This document shows positions 17,046 through 26,082 of a stretch of 55,845 nt of DNA, one piece after another. A program made the translations under genes and the position numbers. Positions within the stretch are counted from its first letter, which is position 1. Each line of letters starts with the position of its first letter. A model generated the notes under the pieces. That model ran no database searches and had not been told where the DNA came from. It worked only from the letters and a program-made list of their open reading frames with translations. The DNA is from Candidatus Saccharimonadia bacterium (GTDB lineage Bacteria > Patescibacteriota > Saccharimonadia > UBA4664), in contig JBBRSS010000007.1 in assembly GCA_038245115.1 (NCBI GenBank), positions 1-55,845 on the forward strand. The letters are read 5' to 3'.

Positions 17046-18821
17046 ATGGATGAGGTTGCCGAGGTCAAGAGCCGGCTCGAGATCACGGAAGTGGTCGGGG
17101 GCTATGTGCCGTTGAAGCAGGCGGGGCGCAATTTGAAGGCGCCGTGCCCGTTTCATCAGGAGAAGTCGGCGAGCTTTATGGTAAGCCCCGAGAAGGGGAT
17201 TTACCATTGTTTTGGTTGTGGCGAAGGGGGCGACATTTTTAGCTTTGTAATGAAGATGGAGGGGGTGGATTTTCGCACTTGTCTAGAGATGTTGGCGCGC
17301 AAGGCCGGGGTGGAATTGGTGGCCAAGAAGGGCGACAACAAGGAGGCGAGCCGGCTGCGGGACCGGTTGTATGCGGCGCACGAATTGGCGGTGAAGTATT
17401 TTCAGGCGTCGCTGATGCAGAATCCGAAGGCGCTGGAGTATGTGGTGAAGAAGCGCAAATTGACGCGGGAGACGATACGGGATTTTCAGATAGGCTACGG
17501 GCCGGATTCGTGGAATGCGTTGACGGATTTTTTGACGAAGCACGGGTTTACGCAGCAGGAATTATTGCAGGGCGGATTGGCGGGCCAGAAAGAGGGTCGC
17601 AATACTATTTATGATCTGTTTCGGGGGCGGGTGATGTTTACGATTACCGATCGCGAGGGGCGGCCGGTGGGGTTTACTGGTCGGGTGCTGGACGACAGCC
17701 TGCCGAAGTATCTCAATACCCCGCAGACGGCGCTGTACGATAAGTCACAGGCGATTTTTGGCTTTGCACTGGCTCGAGAAGCGATTCGGGCGGGGAATGA
17801 AGTAGTGCTGGTGGAGGGTAATATGGACGTGGTGGCGAGCCATCAGGCGGGGGTGAAGCAGGTGGTAGCGGCCAGTGGTACGGCGCTGACGCTGGAGCAG
17901 CTGCGGACACTTTCGAAGCTGACGAAGAACATTAAGCTGGCGTTTGACGCAGATCGGGCGGGGTTGGCGGCCACGGAGCGGGCGATTGAGCTGGGGCAAA
18001 AGCTGGGGCTGACGCTGCGGATGGTGGAGATGCCAGAGGGGATTAAGGATGCGGACGAGTTGATCCAACAAGACGTGGACGCCTGGAAGAAGGCCATCGA
18101 CGGGGCCAAGTACATTGTGGACTACTTGTTTGATAGGTTTGCGCACGACTTTGATCTGAATTCGGCCGTGGGCAAACGCGGATATACCGATCGGTTGGCG
18201 TCGACGTTGCGGCGGCTGGGAGATCCGGTAGAGCAGGACCATTACGTGAAATTGTTGGCGGCTAAGACAGGGACGAGCGAGGAGGCGGTGAAGGCTAAGC
18301 TCGAGAAGGGTGAGGATCTGGCGGTTTTGAGTAGCGGTACCGAGCGGGACCGAAGCGGGGATGTGACACGGCGGGCGGTGGTGCAGTCGAGCGGGAAACC
18401 GACCGCGCGGCGGATAATTGAGGAATCATTGTTGGCGATGGCCTTGCTGGATCCGCTGACTCGAGTGGCGCTGGACGACCTTGAAGCGCGTGATTTTACG
18501 GCGCCGGAGCGCCAGGCGGTGTTTGAGGCTATTCGGCAGAATCGGAACGAGGTGGCATCCGGAATTGCGCAAACTTTGACACAACAGGCCGACTATATTA
18601 GTATCTTACTGTTACGGGGCGAGCAGGAGTTCGCTGAACTCGCTCCAGCAGACCGCAGTTTCGAGGCATTCGGACTGGCAAGACGGCTGCAAATCCAGTC
18701 GAACAAAGACATCAAACAGATATTGAGCGAGAAATTGCGCGAAGCCGAAAAGAACGGCGACGCGTCGCTTGTTGGTAATCTATTGAAACAATATCAAGCG
18801 GTAATTGAAGAAGAAGGTTAG
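17046..18821 (+). CDS. dnaG: DNA primase
   Basis: CPFH..K..SF Zn finger, KYLNTP, VEG.MDV, FDAD.AG TOPRIM. Confidence 0.98.
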   Translation: MDEVAEVKSRLEITEVVGGYVPLKQAGRNLKAPCPFHQEKSASFMVSPEKGIYHCFGCGEGGDIFSFVMKMEGVDFRTCLEMLARKAGVELVAKKGDNKEASRLRDRLYAAHELAVKYFQASLMQNPKALEYVVKKRKLTRETIRDFQIGYGPDSWNALTDFLTKHGFTQQELLQGGLAGQKEGRNTIYDLFRGRVMFTITDREGRPVGFTGRVLDDSLPKYLNTPQTALYDKSQAIFGFALAREAIRAGNEVVLVEGNMDVVASHQAGVKQVVAASGTALTLEQLRTLSKLTKNIKLAFDADRAGLAATERAIELGQKLGLTLRMVEMPEGIKDADELIQQDVDAWKKAIDGAKYIVDYLFDRFAHDFDLNSAVGKRGYTDRLASTLRRLGDPVEQDHYVKLLAAKTGTSEEAVKAKLEKGEDLAVLSSGTERDRSGDVTRRAVVQSSGKPTARRIIEESLLAMALLDPLTRVALDDLEARDFTAPERQAVFEAIRQNRNEVASGIAQTLTQQADYISILLLRGEQEFAELAPADRSFEAFGLARRLQIQSNKDIKQILSEKLREAEKNGDASLVGNLLKQYQAVIEEEG

Positions 18822-18833
18822 GAGAACATAGTT

Positions 18834-19940
18834 TTGGCGAAGAAGGCGGCTGACGAAGAAACATTGGAGCGAACTGGCGGGTACTCGCCCGAAGTTGAGC
18901 GACTAATAGCAAAAGGCAAAGAGCAGGGTTATGTGACGCAGCAGGAAATTGCCGGCGTTTTGCCCGAAGCGGAAGAGAATCTCGAAGAGCTCGATGAGCT
19001 GTACGCGGCACTGCTGGAGCAGGGCGTGGAGATTACCGACCAAAAGGACTCATTGATCTGGGACAAGGACGACGACGACACCCCGGATACGAGCGAAGAT
19101 TACATCAAGGATATTGCTGATGACTCGGTGCGGTTGTACCTGCGCGAAATTGGTAAGATTCCGCTGCTGACCGGCGAGCAGGAAGTTTCGCTGGCTAAAC
19201 GCATAGAATCCGGCGACAAGGCGGCCAAGGACGCGATGGCTGAGGCCAACATGCGGCTAGTGGTGTCGATTGCCAAGAAGTACATCGGCCGCGGGTTGGA
19301 CTTGCTCGACCTCATTCAGGAGGGCAACACCGGGCTGCTGCGGGCCGTGGAGAAGTTTGACTACACCAAGGGTTACAAGTTTTCGACCTACGCTACATGG
19401 TGGATCCGTCAGGCGATTACGCGCGCGATTGCCGACCAGGCACGTACCATTCGTATTCCGGTGCACATGGTGGAGACGATTAACAAACTTATTCGTACTC
19501 AGCGCCGTTTGGTGCAGGAACTCGGCCGTGAGCCACTGCCCGAGGAAATTGCCGCCGAGATGGAGATGGACGTGGAGAAGGTCAACCACATCCTCAAGAT
19601 TAAGCAGGATATTGTGAGCCTTGAGGCGCCGGTGGGCGAAGAAGAGGATTCTCAGCTGGGTGACTTTATTGCCGATGAGGACTCGTTGACGCCGGAAGAA
19701 GCTGCTACGCACCAGCTCCTCAAGGAGCACGTGAATCAGGTGTTGGCATTGCTGACGCCGCGCGAGCAGAAGATTTTGCGGATGCGGTTTGGTCTGGAAG
19801 ACGGCCGAAGTCACACGCTCGAGGAGGTGGGCCAGGAATTTGGCGTCACACGTGAGCGTATTCGCCAGATTGAGGCCAAAGCCCTCGCGAAGTTGCGCAA
19901 GCACCGTGAGAGCAAGAAGCTCAAGGACTACTTGCGGTAG
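18834..19940 (+). CDS. rpoD: RNA polymerase primary sigma factor
   Basis: [52 protein letters not shown]. Confidence 0.98.
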   Translation: MAKKAADEETLERTGGYSPEVERLIAKGKEQGYVTQQEIAGVLPEAEENLEELDELYAALLEQGVEITDQKDSLIWDKDDDDTPDTSEDYIKDIADDSVRLYLREIGKIPLLTGEQEVSLAKRIESGDKAAKDAMAEANMRLVVSIAKKYIGRGLDLLDLIQEGNTGLLRAVEKFDYTKGYKFSTYATWWIRQAITRAIADQARTIRIPVHMVETINKLIRTQRRLVQELGREPLPEEIAAEMEMDVEKVNHILKIKQDIVSLEAPVGEEEDSQLGDFIADEDSLTPEEAATHQLLKEHVNQVLALLTPREQKILRMRFGLEDGRSHTLEEVGQEFGVTRERIRQIEAKALAKLRKHRESKKLKDYLR

Positions 19941-19959
19941 TATTGGGGCCGGAATAGAA

Positions 19960-19989
19960 CCAAAAAGGAGCCAATTGGCTCCTTTTTGG
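19960..19989. terminator. Perfect 30-bp palindrome, likely terminator after rpoD
   Basis: CCAAAAAGGAGCCAATTGGCTCCTTTTTGG. Confidence 0.7.
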
Positions 19990-20028
19990 GTTGAATCAGA
20001 CATAGGCGTTTCTGTTATGCTTGAGTCT

Positions 20029-21141
20029 ATGGATAGACAAGAAGCTCAGATAGATCGCGAAGAGGGCGCAGATGTTGACCCATTCGAACTGGCGAAGCAG
20101 CAGGCGGCCGCACTTGAGCCACCGAGCTGGCTTGGAAATAATGCATCTGACTCAGAAGCGCGTGAGGCAGAACTTGTGAAACGGGCGGAAGAGGCGGAGT
20201 TGACTCCTGATATTTTGAGATGGAGAGAGGAGGCCGATCACGACGCCTTATTGGTTGGCAAGGCCCTCGGGCAGGGTGATCTCCCTAGGGCCGTAGGGGT
20301 TGCGTTGCAACTGCGGATTCATGAGCTGGCGGATCTCGGCATGGCCGTGGGTTCAGGTGAGAGGTCTGATGTCGAGCTGAATGACGTTACGCGGGCACGA
20401 CGAGACTTGGGATTTCTGCTATCGGGGTTAACTGTGGCCTTGGGCGCGCGCGACTGGCAGGCTGGTGTCGAGAACCAGACATATGTTTACTTCAGGGGTG
20501 CAAAGAAGGCCGGTAAGGAACGATTTGAGTCCGAGTACGACACCTGTGTTGACCGGTTCTATCCTGAGGGTGATGGCGATTTTGAGTGGGTGGATGATGA
20601 CGGTGGTGGCGGAGCGTATAAGGATGTGAATGGTAAGATGCCGGACAATAGCGAGGAAGTCCATTATCCTGGCAAGATACTCATCGCGGTTGATCCCGAT
20701 AAACGGATTAATTTTTCGTATTTTCACGAATTGGATAGTTCGGCGGTGCACTATAGGCAGACGATTTCTCGGATAAGCCTTAGCGGCAAGCCAGTTGATG
20801 ATGAGGCCGCGGATTTGAGTGTCAGACTTGATCTAGACCCCACGGCGCCCGCCGGGATTGCACTGGATATTGGTCGAAGCAGTTTCCGCTCCGAGACGTA
20901 CTCCCGACTGGGGGATTTGATGGGTAAACTACTCTCTGTGTCATCACCGGAGACGGGTAGCCATACATACGCGCCGTTCACCGAGAGTATGGTCGAGGAA
21001 TTTAAGAATGTGGCTGAATATCTAGCCGTGCATCAAGACTTGGTTCGCCGCCGTGTTGCCGAGACTAACGATAGTATGATGCCGATTAAACCCGAAGAGT
21101 CCGAAGCTAATCTTCGGCGAGTTGTCGAGAACGATAGTTAG
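20029..21141 (+). CDS. Hypothetical acidic protein
   Basis: Long ORF; start placed after rpoD, preceded by a TATGCT -10-like box. Confidence 0.7.
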   Translation: MDRQEAQIDREEGADVDPFELAKQQAAALEPPSWLGNNASDSEAREAELVKRAEEAELTPDILRWREEADHDALLVGKALGQGDLPRAVGVALQLRIHELADLGMAVGSGERSDVELNDVTRARRDLGFLLSGLTVALGARDWQAGVENQTYVYFRGAKKAGKERFESEYDTCVDRFYPEGDGDFEWVDDDGGGGAYKDVNGKMPDNSEEVHYPGKILIAVDPDKRINFSYFHELDSSAVHYRQTISRISLSGKPVDDEAADLSVRLDLDPTAPAGIALDIGRSSFRSETYSRLGDLMGKLLSVSSPETGSHTYAPFTESMVEEFKNVAEYLAVHQDLVRRRVAETNDSMMPIKPEESEANLRRVVENDS

Positions 21142-21890
21142 TCGGTTTTTAGCCCACGCCGCATTAGCTCGAACATTTGCTTCATGGCGCCTGCTATCTG
21201 GGGGCTCTCGATAATTGTACCCAACGCTTCCTCGCCAAACGATAGGATGGCGACTTTATTGCCGTAGATATTCCATTCTACGGGTGCATCGTAGAGCTTG
21301 GGGTTGAACCAGATGCGGTGGGTCAGATTGGCCTCATCTATGGATGGATCATGGTTTACGTTCGGCACATCAGGAGTGAGGGCAATGGTTTTAATGCCTA
21401 ATTTGGCTCGTTGGAGCTTAAATTTATCGTAGAAGGCAGCGCCCATGAATTTATCGTCGGCGGTGCTTCGCAGGAAATAAGTGGGTTGGCGGGTGCGCAA
21501 AATGTCCTCATAAACCTTGGTTATGCCTTCTTTGCCCTGATAGAACCGCACGCCGGGCTGCTCGGAGTAGGTGTAGAAATAGGTCATGAGCTGAGGCATG
21601 AGGCTACGGAGGCGATTTTCGTCGGTCATGATCTGCGTTCGCTTCTGTTCCATAAGCTTTTCGAGAACGGTAGGGTTGGCAGGTCGATAGGCCAGTTTGG
21701 CACCGGTTCCAGCATTTACGGCCAATTCGAGCTCAACTAATTGTTTGAGCACCTCATATGCATTGGTGCGAGTGATCTGGATTTTTAAGGCTAATTGAGG
21801 CGGAGTTAGGCTGCCGCCGGCAATGAGCGCGAGATAGGCCCGGCTTTGGGTTTGGTTGAGGCCGGCTTGTTCGAGTAATTCTGCATCCAT
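21138..21890 (-). CDS. TrmB-family transcriptional regulator (paralogue of 11840-12637)
   Basis: Shared GSLTPPQLA, RT.AY, Y.Y.Y...PGVRF..G..G, YEDILRTR, Y.APVE.N.YGNK, GTIIESPQIA. Confidence 0.9.
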   Translation of the reverse strand: MDAELLEQAGLNQTQSRAYLALIAGGSLTPPQLALKIQITRTNAYEVLKQLVELELAVNAGTGAKLAYRPANPTVLEKLMEQKRTQIMTDENRLRSLMPQLMTYFYTYSEQPGVRFYQGKEGITKVYEDILRTRQPTYFLRSTADDKFMGAAFYDKFKLQRAKLGIKTIALTPDVPNVNHDPSIDEANLTHRIWFNPKLYDAPVEWNIYGNKVAILSFGEEALGTIIESPQIAGAMKQMFELMRRGLKTD

Positions 21891-21989
21891 GCCTGGAATA
21901 TAGCACGGATGCGTTGTCTCGTCAATCAACAATTGACAGTATTTAAATAGAGTTTCTATCTGTTGAGCTGTTTAAGACGCTTGCGCTAA

Positions 21990-22018
21990 TTGACATAAAC
22001 TAATTTCGGTGGTATGCT
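21990..22018 (+). promoter_or_regulatory. Sigma70 promoter divergent from TrmB
   Basis: TTGACA (21990-21995), 17 nt ending TGG, TATGCT (22013-22018). Confidence 0.7.
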
Positions 22019-22024
22019 TGTTCT

Positions 22025-22400
22025 CGTTCAGTCAGCTGCGACACAATCGTTCCGGCTGAAAGTCAAGCTTACAAGTATCAAGAGGTAGGACGCGCCGCAC
22101 GAGTCAGAAGCTTATGCGCAGGTAGTTTGGTTGAGCCCGTATGGGTTCCCGAGCCCTGCCGAGCGCGTCTTTTTCATTGCTCCTAACTTTAGGGTTGGGA
22201 CAGCTCGGGGAGAGAATGCATCCTTGTCGGGCACGCGCGAAGGTATACCTAGTAACGCGTAAGGAGACAGCCTGGCCTTTCCTTGGCCCGCTGCACCGTA
22301 GTTTGTAGTGAGATTCACGCGCGATGATCAGAAGGCACAGCGCCCGTCACGCGTAATCTCTCTAGAAATAGAGAGCGAACTTTACATTAAACGCTGTTTT
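22025..22400 (+). ncRNA. Candidate structured non-coding RNA or long leader
   Basis: No plausible ORF directly behind the promoter; nested stems incl. TTCAGTC/GGCTGAA, GGACGCGC/GCGCGTCT, GAGCCC-GTAT-GGGTTC, CTCTCTA-GAAA-TAGAGAG. Confidence 0.5.
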
Positions 22401-22409
22401 TTAGCTGAG

Positions 22410-22766
22410 CTAAGAAGGATTGCGGTGCTCCAGTCGCTCGACGCGGGTGCGGACATCGAGAAACTCGCTTCGGCGCACAGTGTCGGACAGACCCCATTTG
22501 ACCTCACGCATGTCGACCTTTAGCTCGGAGACATCATTTTCCAGATTATCGAGTCGACTGTTGACCTTCGCAAAATTGTCGGTGACTTCGTTGAACCCCT
22601 GGCCGATCTGGAGTGAGAGGGTATCATTGGCGCGATCGATCATTGCTGGCACCTTGGTCTCAATCGCTGCCTCGATCATGGGTGGAACTTTAGTGTCGAT
22701 GGCCGAGTTGATACTGGTATCCATGATACCTTTGATGGCCGAGAGATCTTGAGTGGTTAGTGACAT
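22410..22766 (-). CDS. Small coiled-coil hypothetical protein
   Basis: MSLTTQDLSAIK..., heptad pattern, internal repeat IDTKVPPMIE/IETKVPAMID. Confidence 0.75.
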   Translation of the reverse strand: MSLTTQDLSAIKGIMDTSINSAIDTKVPPMIEAAIETKVPAMIDRANDTLSLQIGQGFNEVTDNFAKVNSRLDNLENDVSELKVDMREVKWGLSDTVRRSEFLDVRTRVERLEHRNPS

Positions 22767-22842
22767 GGAGTTGTCTTTCATGGGTTAAGTATATCTGATT
22801 TATGAAATGAGAATACCGAACAATAACCAAACATGCAAGCAT

Positions 22843-23058
22843 AAATAGTTCGCACGAAGCTGCCTCTGGTATCGTCCAAAAGTATACCGGAGACAGGTTC
22901 GAGAGAACCAAAAAGTACCTTTCAATGTTGACCGCGATAATGATTGCGATATCGAGTTTTCTCGAATCGTGTTTGAAGTAATTTGAACGCGAGGGAGAGA
23001 GCTCGATAGAAGGTCGCGGCTCCAAAACGGGGTGTAAATCCCGGGGAAGGAGCCTACC
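22843..23058 (+). ncRNA. Candidate structured RNA tract upstream of the NTase
   Basis: CTGCCTCTGGTAT/ATACCGGAGACAG, GGTTC-GAGA-GAACC, TCGTGTTTGAA-GTAA-TTTGAACGCGA, GGCTCC/GGAGCC covering the RBS. Confidence 0.45.
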
Positions 23059-23766
23059 ATGGCTCTCGCAATGCTCGTAATCGCCTGGGCGGAAATTGCC
23101 GTAGGATGGTTCATCGCCAGGTTGGTGATGAACCGGGTACGCTACGGGACGTTTCTACGTCCCTGGTGGGTCTGGTCCGCACGAGGCACGGAGCACATCC
23201 TTGCCTCGTATAGGAAGGTTGAGGAGCGCAACGCAGCGCTCCTCAACCAGCTGGCTTCACGGCTGGCCGGCCACCGAACCGTCGTGTTCGGATCGTCGGT
23301 TCAGAAGGGGCGGTTCGCCCACTGGCGGTTGTGGGAGCAACTGTACGGGCAATCCGATATTGACCTCATGGTAGAGGTCGACATGCCCACTTGGCTGAGT
23401 TGGGTGAAGTTGGCATACGGCGACAGCGCCCTCGTCGACGCGGCCACCACTCAGCAAGCCTGCTGCGCAGGCTGCTGCGTATACGTCGACGGCCAGATGA
23501 TCTCTGGCCTACGCGGCTACCAGAAGTTTTCTCAGACCAGGATTCCCCGCCTTGAGGCGGCGGAGCAGGTCCTCGGCATCAGCCTTTCGGGGCTGAATGC
23601 CGAGGTGGATGTTTTTCTTTTCCCGCACGAGTTTGTGCGGGGGGAGATCGATATCTCAGTTTGGAACGACCCTGAGAGGTCGTTCCGGAGTGAGGTGCTC
23701 GCGGGCACCTCACTCCGGGAAATCCGTCCACGGCGGGTGCCCCTAAAGGAGTTTTTCCCGCGCTAG
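23059..23766 (+). CDS. Pol-beta-superfamily nucleotidyltransferase-like protein with N-terminal TM helix
   Basis: VVFGSS, SDIDLMV (DxD), later VDVFLF; AAGGAG RBS; hydrophobic N-terminus. Confidence 0.65.
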   Translation: MALAMLVIAWAEIAVGWFIARLVMNRVRYGTFLRPWWVWSARGTEHILASYRKVEERNAALLNQLASRLAGHRTVVFGSSVQKGRFAHWRLWEQLYGQSDIDLMVEVDMPTWLSWVKLAYGDSALVDAATTQQACCAGCCVYVDGQMISGLRGYQKFSQTRIPRLEAAEQVLGISLSGLNAEVDVFLFPHEFVRGEIDISVWNDPERSFRSEVLAGTSLREIRPRRVPLKEFFPR

Positions 23767-24107
23767 GTGTAGATCTGACGCGGAAAGACCCCACCGTGCC
23801 GGAGGGCTTTAAATCTCCGGGATAGCGCCAAGGAAACCCCGTTCTGCGGGGTGGCGCACTGTCCATAATGCCTCTGGGGAGCGGCTTTGTAGCTCCCCAC
23901 CCATCCCGAGGGTTTAATCGAACGATTGAGTTTTCAGGTTGGGGCGCATGTTCCAATAAAGTACCTTTTGACAGATATAGTTCGTGAATTTCCTGACCTG
24001 GTTTCAGGTTGGATAGCTGGCAAGCTAATTAAATTCAAGCCGGCTACCCGACCTGCATCGACGCCACCAAAAGTGTGGCTGCATGGTTTGGGAGATTCGA
24101 GTCTGAG
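23767..24107 (+). ncRNA. Candidate structured intergenic RNA tract
   Basis: CCGGAG/CTCCGG, GCGCCA..ACCCCG/CGGGGTGGCGC, TGGGGAGC/GCTCCCCA, CAGGTTGG.TAGCTGGC/GCCGGCTACCCGACCTG stems. Confidence 0.45.
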
Positions 24108-25109
24108 ATGACCATTATCGAGACCTTGGCCTCTGCCGATCTTGTCATCGCCGTCGGGTCGGTCGACGGCGTCTTGACCGCCGCGGCGGTCAAGCGGCTG
24201 AGTGGTCGGCCCGACCTGGAGGTTGTGTTTACGCAACCTTTTCAGGTTAACCAGCTTCCGGTTGGGAGCTGGAGCGGCCGACGGGTCGTGCTCGTCGACC
24301 TCGCGGTGAATAACCGCGAGCCGGCGATGACGAAGGCGTTCATCTCCCGGGTGTTTGCGCCCGGGATGAACGTTCTGCTCGCCGTCATTGACGAGCACGA
24401 CGCCGAGGCGTGGGCGGAGGTTTTCTCCAACCACGCCTCGGCCACGGGAGATTGGTTGCCACAGTGGATGGCAGTCGCGCCCCAGAGCCAGGGGGCCGAG
24501 GGCGGCCCCGATTCGTCCGGAGAGGTTCTCCGGCGGGCGCTGGTGGCGGAGGATGTGGTCATTGACGACCACACCGCCGCACTGTTGGCAGCCGCCGACT
24601 CGGCGGACCACGGCGACTTTTCGTTGCCGCTGGCCGGGGTCGTGAACTCGGCGGTGAAGTCGGCCATCGGCGACAACCGCCGTCGGGTCCACCTCGTCGA
24701 CCTACTGGCCGCCGGGCCAGAGGTCGACGATCAGGTTCGCGCCTGGGTCGACGAGTACGAGGAGATGACGGCCAACCAGGCCGAGCTCCTCACCAACGCG
24801 GTAGTCGACCTGGGCGATGGAATCGTTCGGGTCGACACCGACGGCCGCCGGGTCGACTCTACCTCACTTCTGTTCGCGCTGTACAAGCGCGGTAGAGTAG
24901 CAGTGCTCGCTGGCACGTCGTCCTTCAACAAGGCTGCCGGCCGGGCCGTGCCGGTGGTGTCGATCGCCACAGGCGACCGGGCGCTCGACGTCCTGGCCGC
25001 CATCAAGGCGGCCGGCGTGTCGGCAGGTGGGTTCGCCCAGAAGGCGAACGTCGATCCGGCCGATGAGGAGAGGGCGATCGCCGCGTTTCGCGCCGCGCTG
25101 ACTGCCTGA
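24108..25109 (+). CDS. DHH/DHHA1-like phosphoesterase (divergent)
   Basis: SVDGVLTAA, LVDLA, IDEHD (DHH variant), AD.AD, C-terminal SAGGFAQKAN like the DHHA1 GGH.AAG motif; very GC-rich. Confidence 0.65.
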   Translation: MTIIETLASADLVIAVGSVDGVLTAAAVKRLSGRPDLEVVFTQPFQVNQLPVGSWSGRRVVLVDLAVNNREPAMTKAFISRVFAPGMNVLLAVIDEHDAEAWAEVFSNHASATGDWLPQWMAVAPQSQGAEGGPDSSGEVLRRALVAEDVVIDDHTAALLAAADSADHGDFSLPLAGVVNSAVKSAIGDNRRRVHLVDLLAAGPEVDDQVRAWVDEYEEMTANQAELLTNAVVDLGDGIVRVDTDGRRVDSTSLLFALYKRGRVAVLAGTSSFNKAAGRAVPVVSIATGDRALDVLAAIKAAGVSAGGFAQKANVDPADEERAIAAFRAALTA

Positions 25110-25440
25110 ATTTCACTTCTCCTAAGCACGAGAGGCCAAAAAACTACTTAAACCTGAACCAGCAGGCGAACCTGAGACAAGGCGAAAGGAATCCACGATC
25201 TGTGGAGCGCCCCGTCGCACGTGACGGCTTAAGCGGTACCAACCGCATCACGTAACTTGCCTGAGCCTTATCAGGTACCGGTCGGGGGCACTGCGCCCCC
25301 GACCACCCAACCCGAGGGTTCCACACCTTCTGCGCCCCGACTGCTCATGCGAGCGATTCGGAGGGTGGTCGGAGCGGTGGAATCCTCAGGCTGGGGTATT
25401 GGTGAACTTGTGGTATGTATGAGGGCCAGTTCGTACAGGC
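25110..25440 (+). ncRNA. Candidate structured RNA tract
   Basis: Consecutive hairpins TCCAC/GTGGA, CCGTCGC/GTGACGG, GCGGT/ACCGC, CCTGA/TCAGG, GGTCGGGGGC/GCCCCCGACC, GAGGGTTCCAC/GTGGAATCCTC. Confidence 0.45.
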
Positions 25441-25510
25441 GCAGTTGAAAAAATGCGCTTATTATGTTTATATAGGTTGGTCTATCCAACTGTGATTGTT
25501 TGGAGTTTTT

Positions 25511-25666
25511 ATGCCCGAACGAAGTGGCTCAGGATTGCCTCGAAAGTTGACACCGGCCGAACGAAGGGCGGCGAACAAAGCATACACCGTGATTACTGAA
25601 GCACAGATAGCGCAAGCGGTGAGGAAGCATTTCGCTGCCAAAAGAAAGCGGCAGGAACCGGAGTAA
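25511..25666 (+). CDS. Basic mini-protein, 51 aa (MPERSGSGLPRKLTPAERRAANKAY...KRKRQEPE)
   Basis: GGAG RBS at 25502; translated by hand (below the ORF-track cutoff). Confidence 0.55.
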   Translation: MPERSGSGLPRKLTPAERRAANKAYTVITEAQIAQAVRKHFAAKRKRQEPE

Positions 25667-25692
25667 TACCGCAACTGGGTGGATATTTGCTT

Positions 25693-25752
25693 GGCCGGAG
25701 GGATTGTCCCCTCCGGTCGGGCCCAACCTGTACGTCGAAGTGCCACTTGAAA
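25693..25752 (+). repeat. Conserved hairpin element, copy A
   Basis: GGCCGGAGGG..CCCCTCCGGTCGGGCCCAACCTGTAC...CACTTGAAA, similar to 26020-26082. Confidence 0.85.
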
Positions 25753-25818
25753 AAGCGGGCTTTTTTGTTTTATATATAGTGTTATCCGTCCAATACGGAC
25801 CCGTTTGGGGGGGTTGTG

Positions 25819-25992
25819 ATGGCAGAAAATGAAGATGAGTGCAGGTCCGAGGTATTACGGCTGGAGCGGGAAGCGGCCAGAAAGTGGTTTAACAGCCTGA
25901 CTCCAAAACAACAGGAAGAGGCTAAGGATAGGTATTCCAGGGCGGACTTTCCGAAACGCCGCAAACCTGGCAAACGAAACGGCCTCAAGTGA
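25819..25992 (+). CDS. Basic mini-protein, 57 aa (MAENEDECRSEVLRLEREAARKWF...KRRKPGKRNGLK)
   Basis: G-rich RBS at about 25807-25813; translated by hand. Confidence 0.55.
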   Translation: MAENEDECRSEVLRLEREAARKWFNSLTPKQQEEAKDRYSRADFPKRRKPGKRNGLK

Positions 25993-26019
25993 TAAGCTTG
26001 TGGCCGGAAAATAGAGTGC

Positions 26020-26082
26020 GGCCGGAGGGCTAATACCCCTCCGGCCGGGCCAAACTTGTACTCTGAAGCCAAGCACTTTAAG
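26020..26082 (+). repeat. Conserved hairpin element, copy B
   Basis: GGCCGGAGGG..CCCCTCCGGCCGGGCCAAACTTGTAC...GCACTTTAAG. Confidence 0.85.

Noticed and set aside
19789-20028. N-terminal extension of the 450-aa ORF overlapping rpoD
   Set aside because: It overlaps rpoD and its terminator; a downstream start with its own -10 box is more plausible.
22025-25440. RNase P, tmRNA, SRP, tRNA or group I/II intron identity for the structured tracts
   Set aside because: No GAGGAAAGTCC, tRNA-like ends, T-loop/CCA or group II domain V seen by eye; an Rfam scan is still needed.
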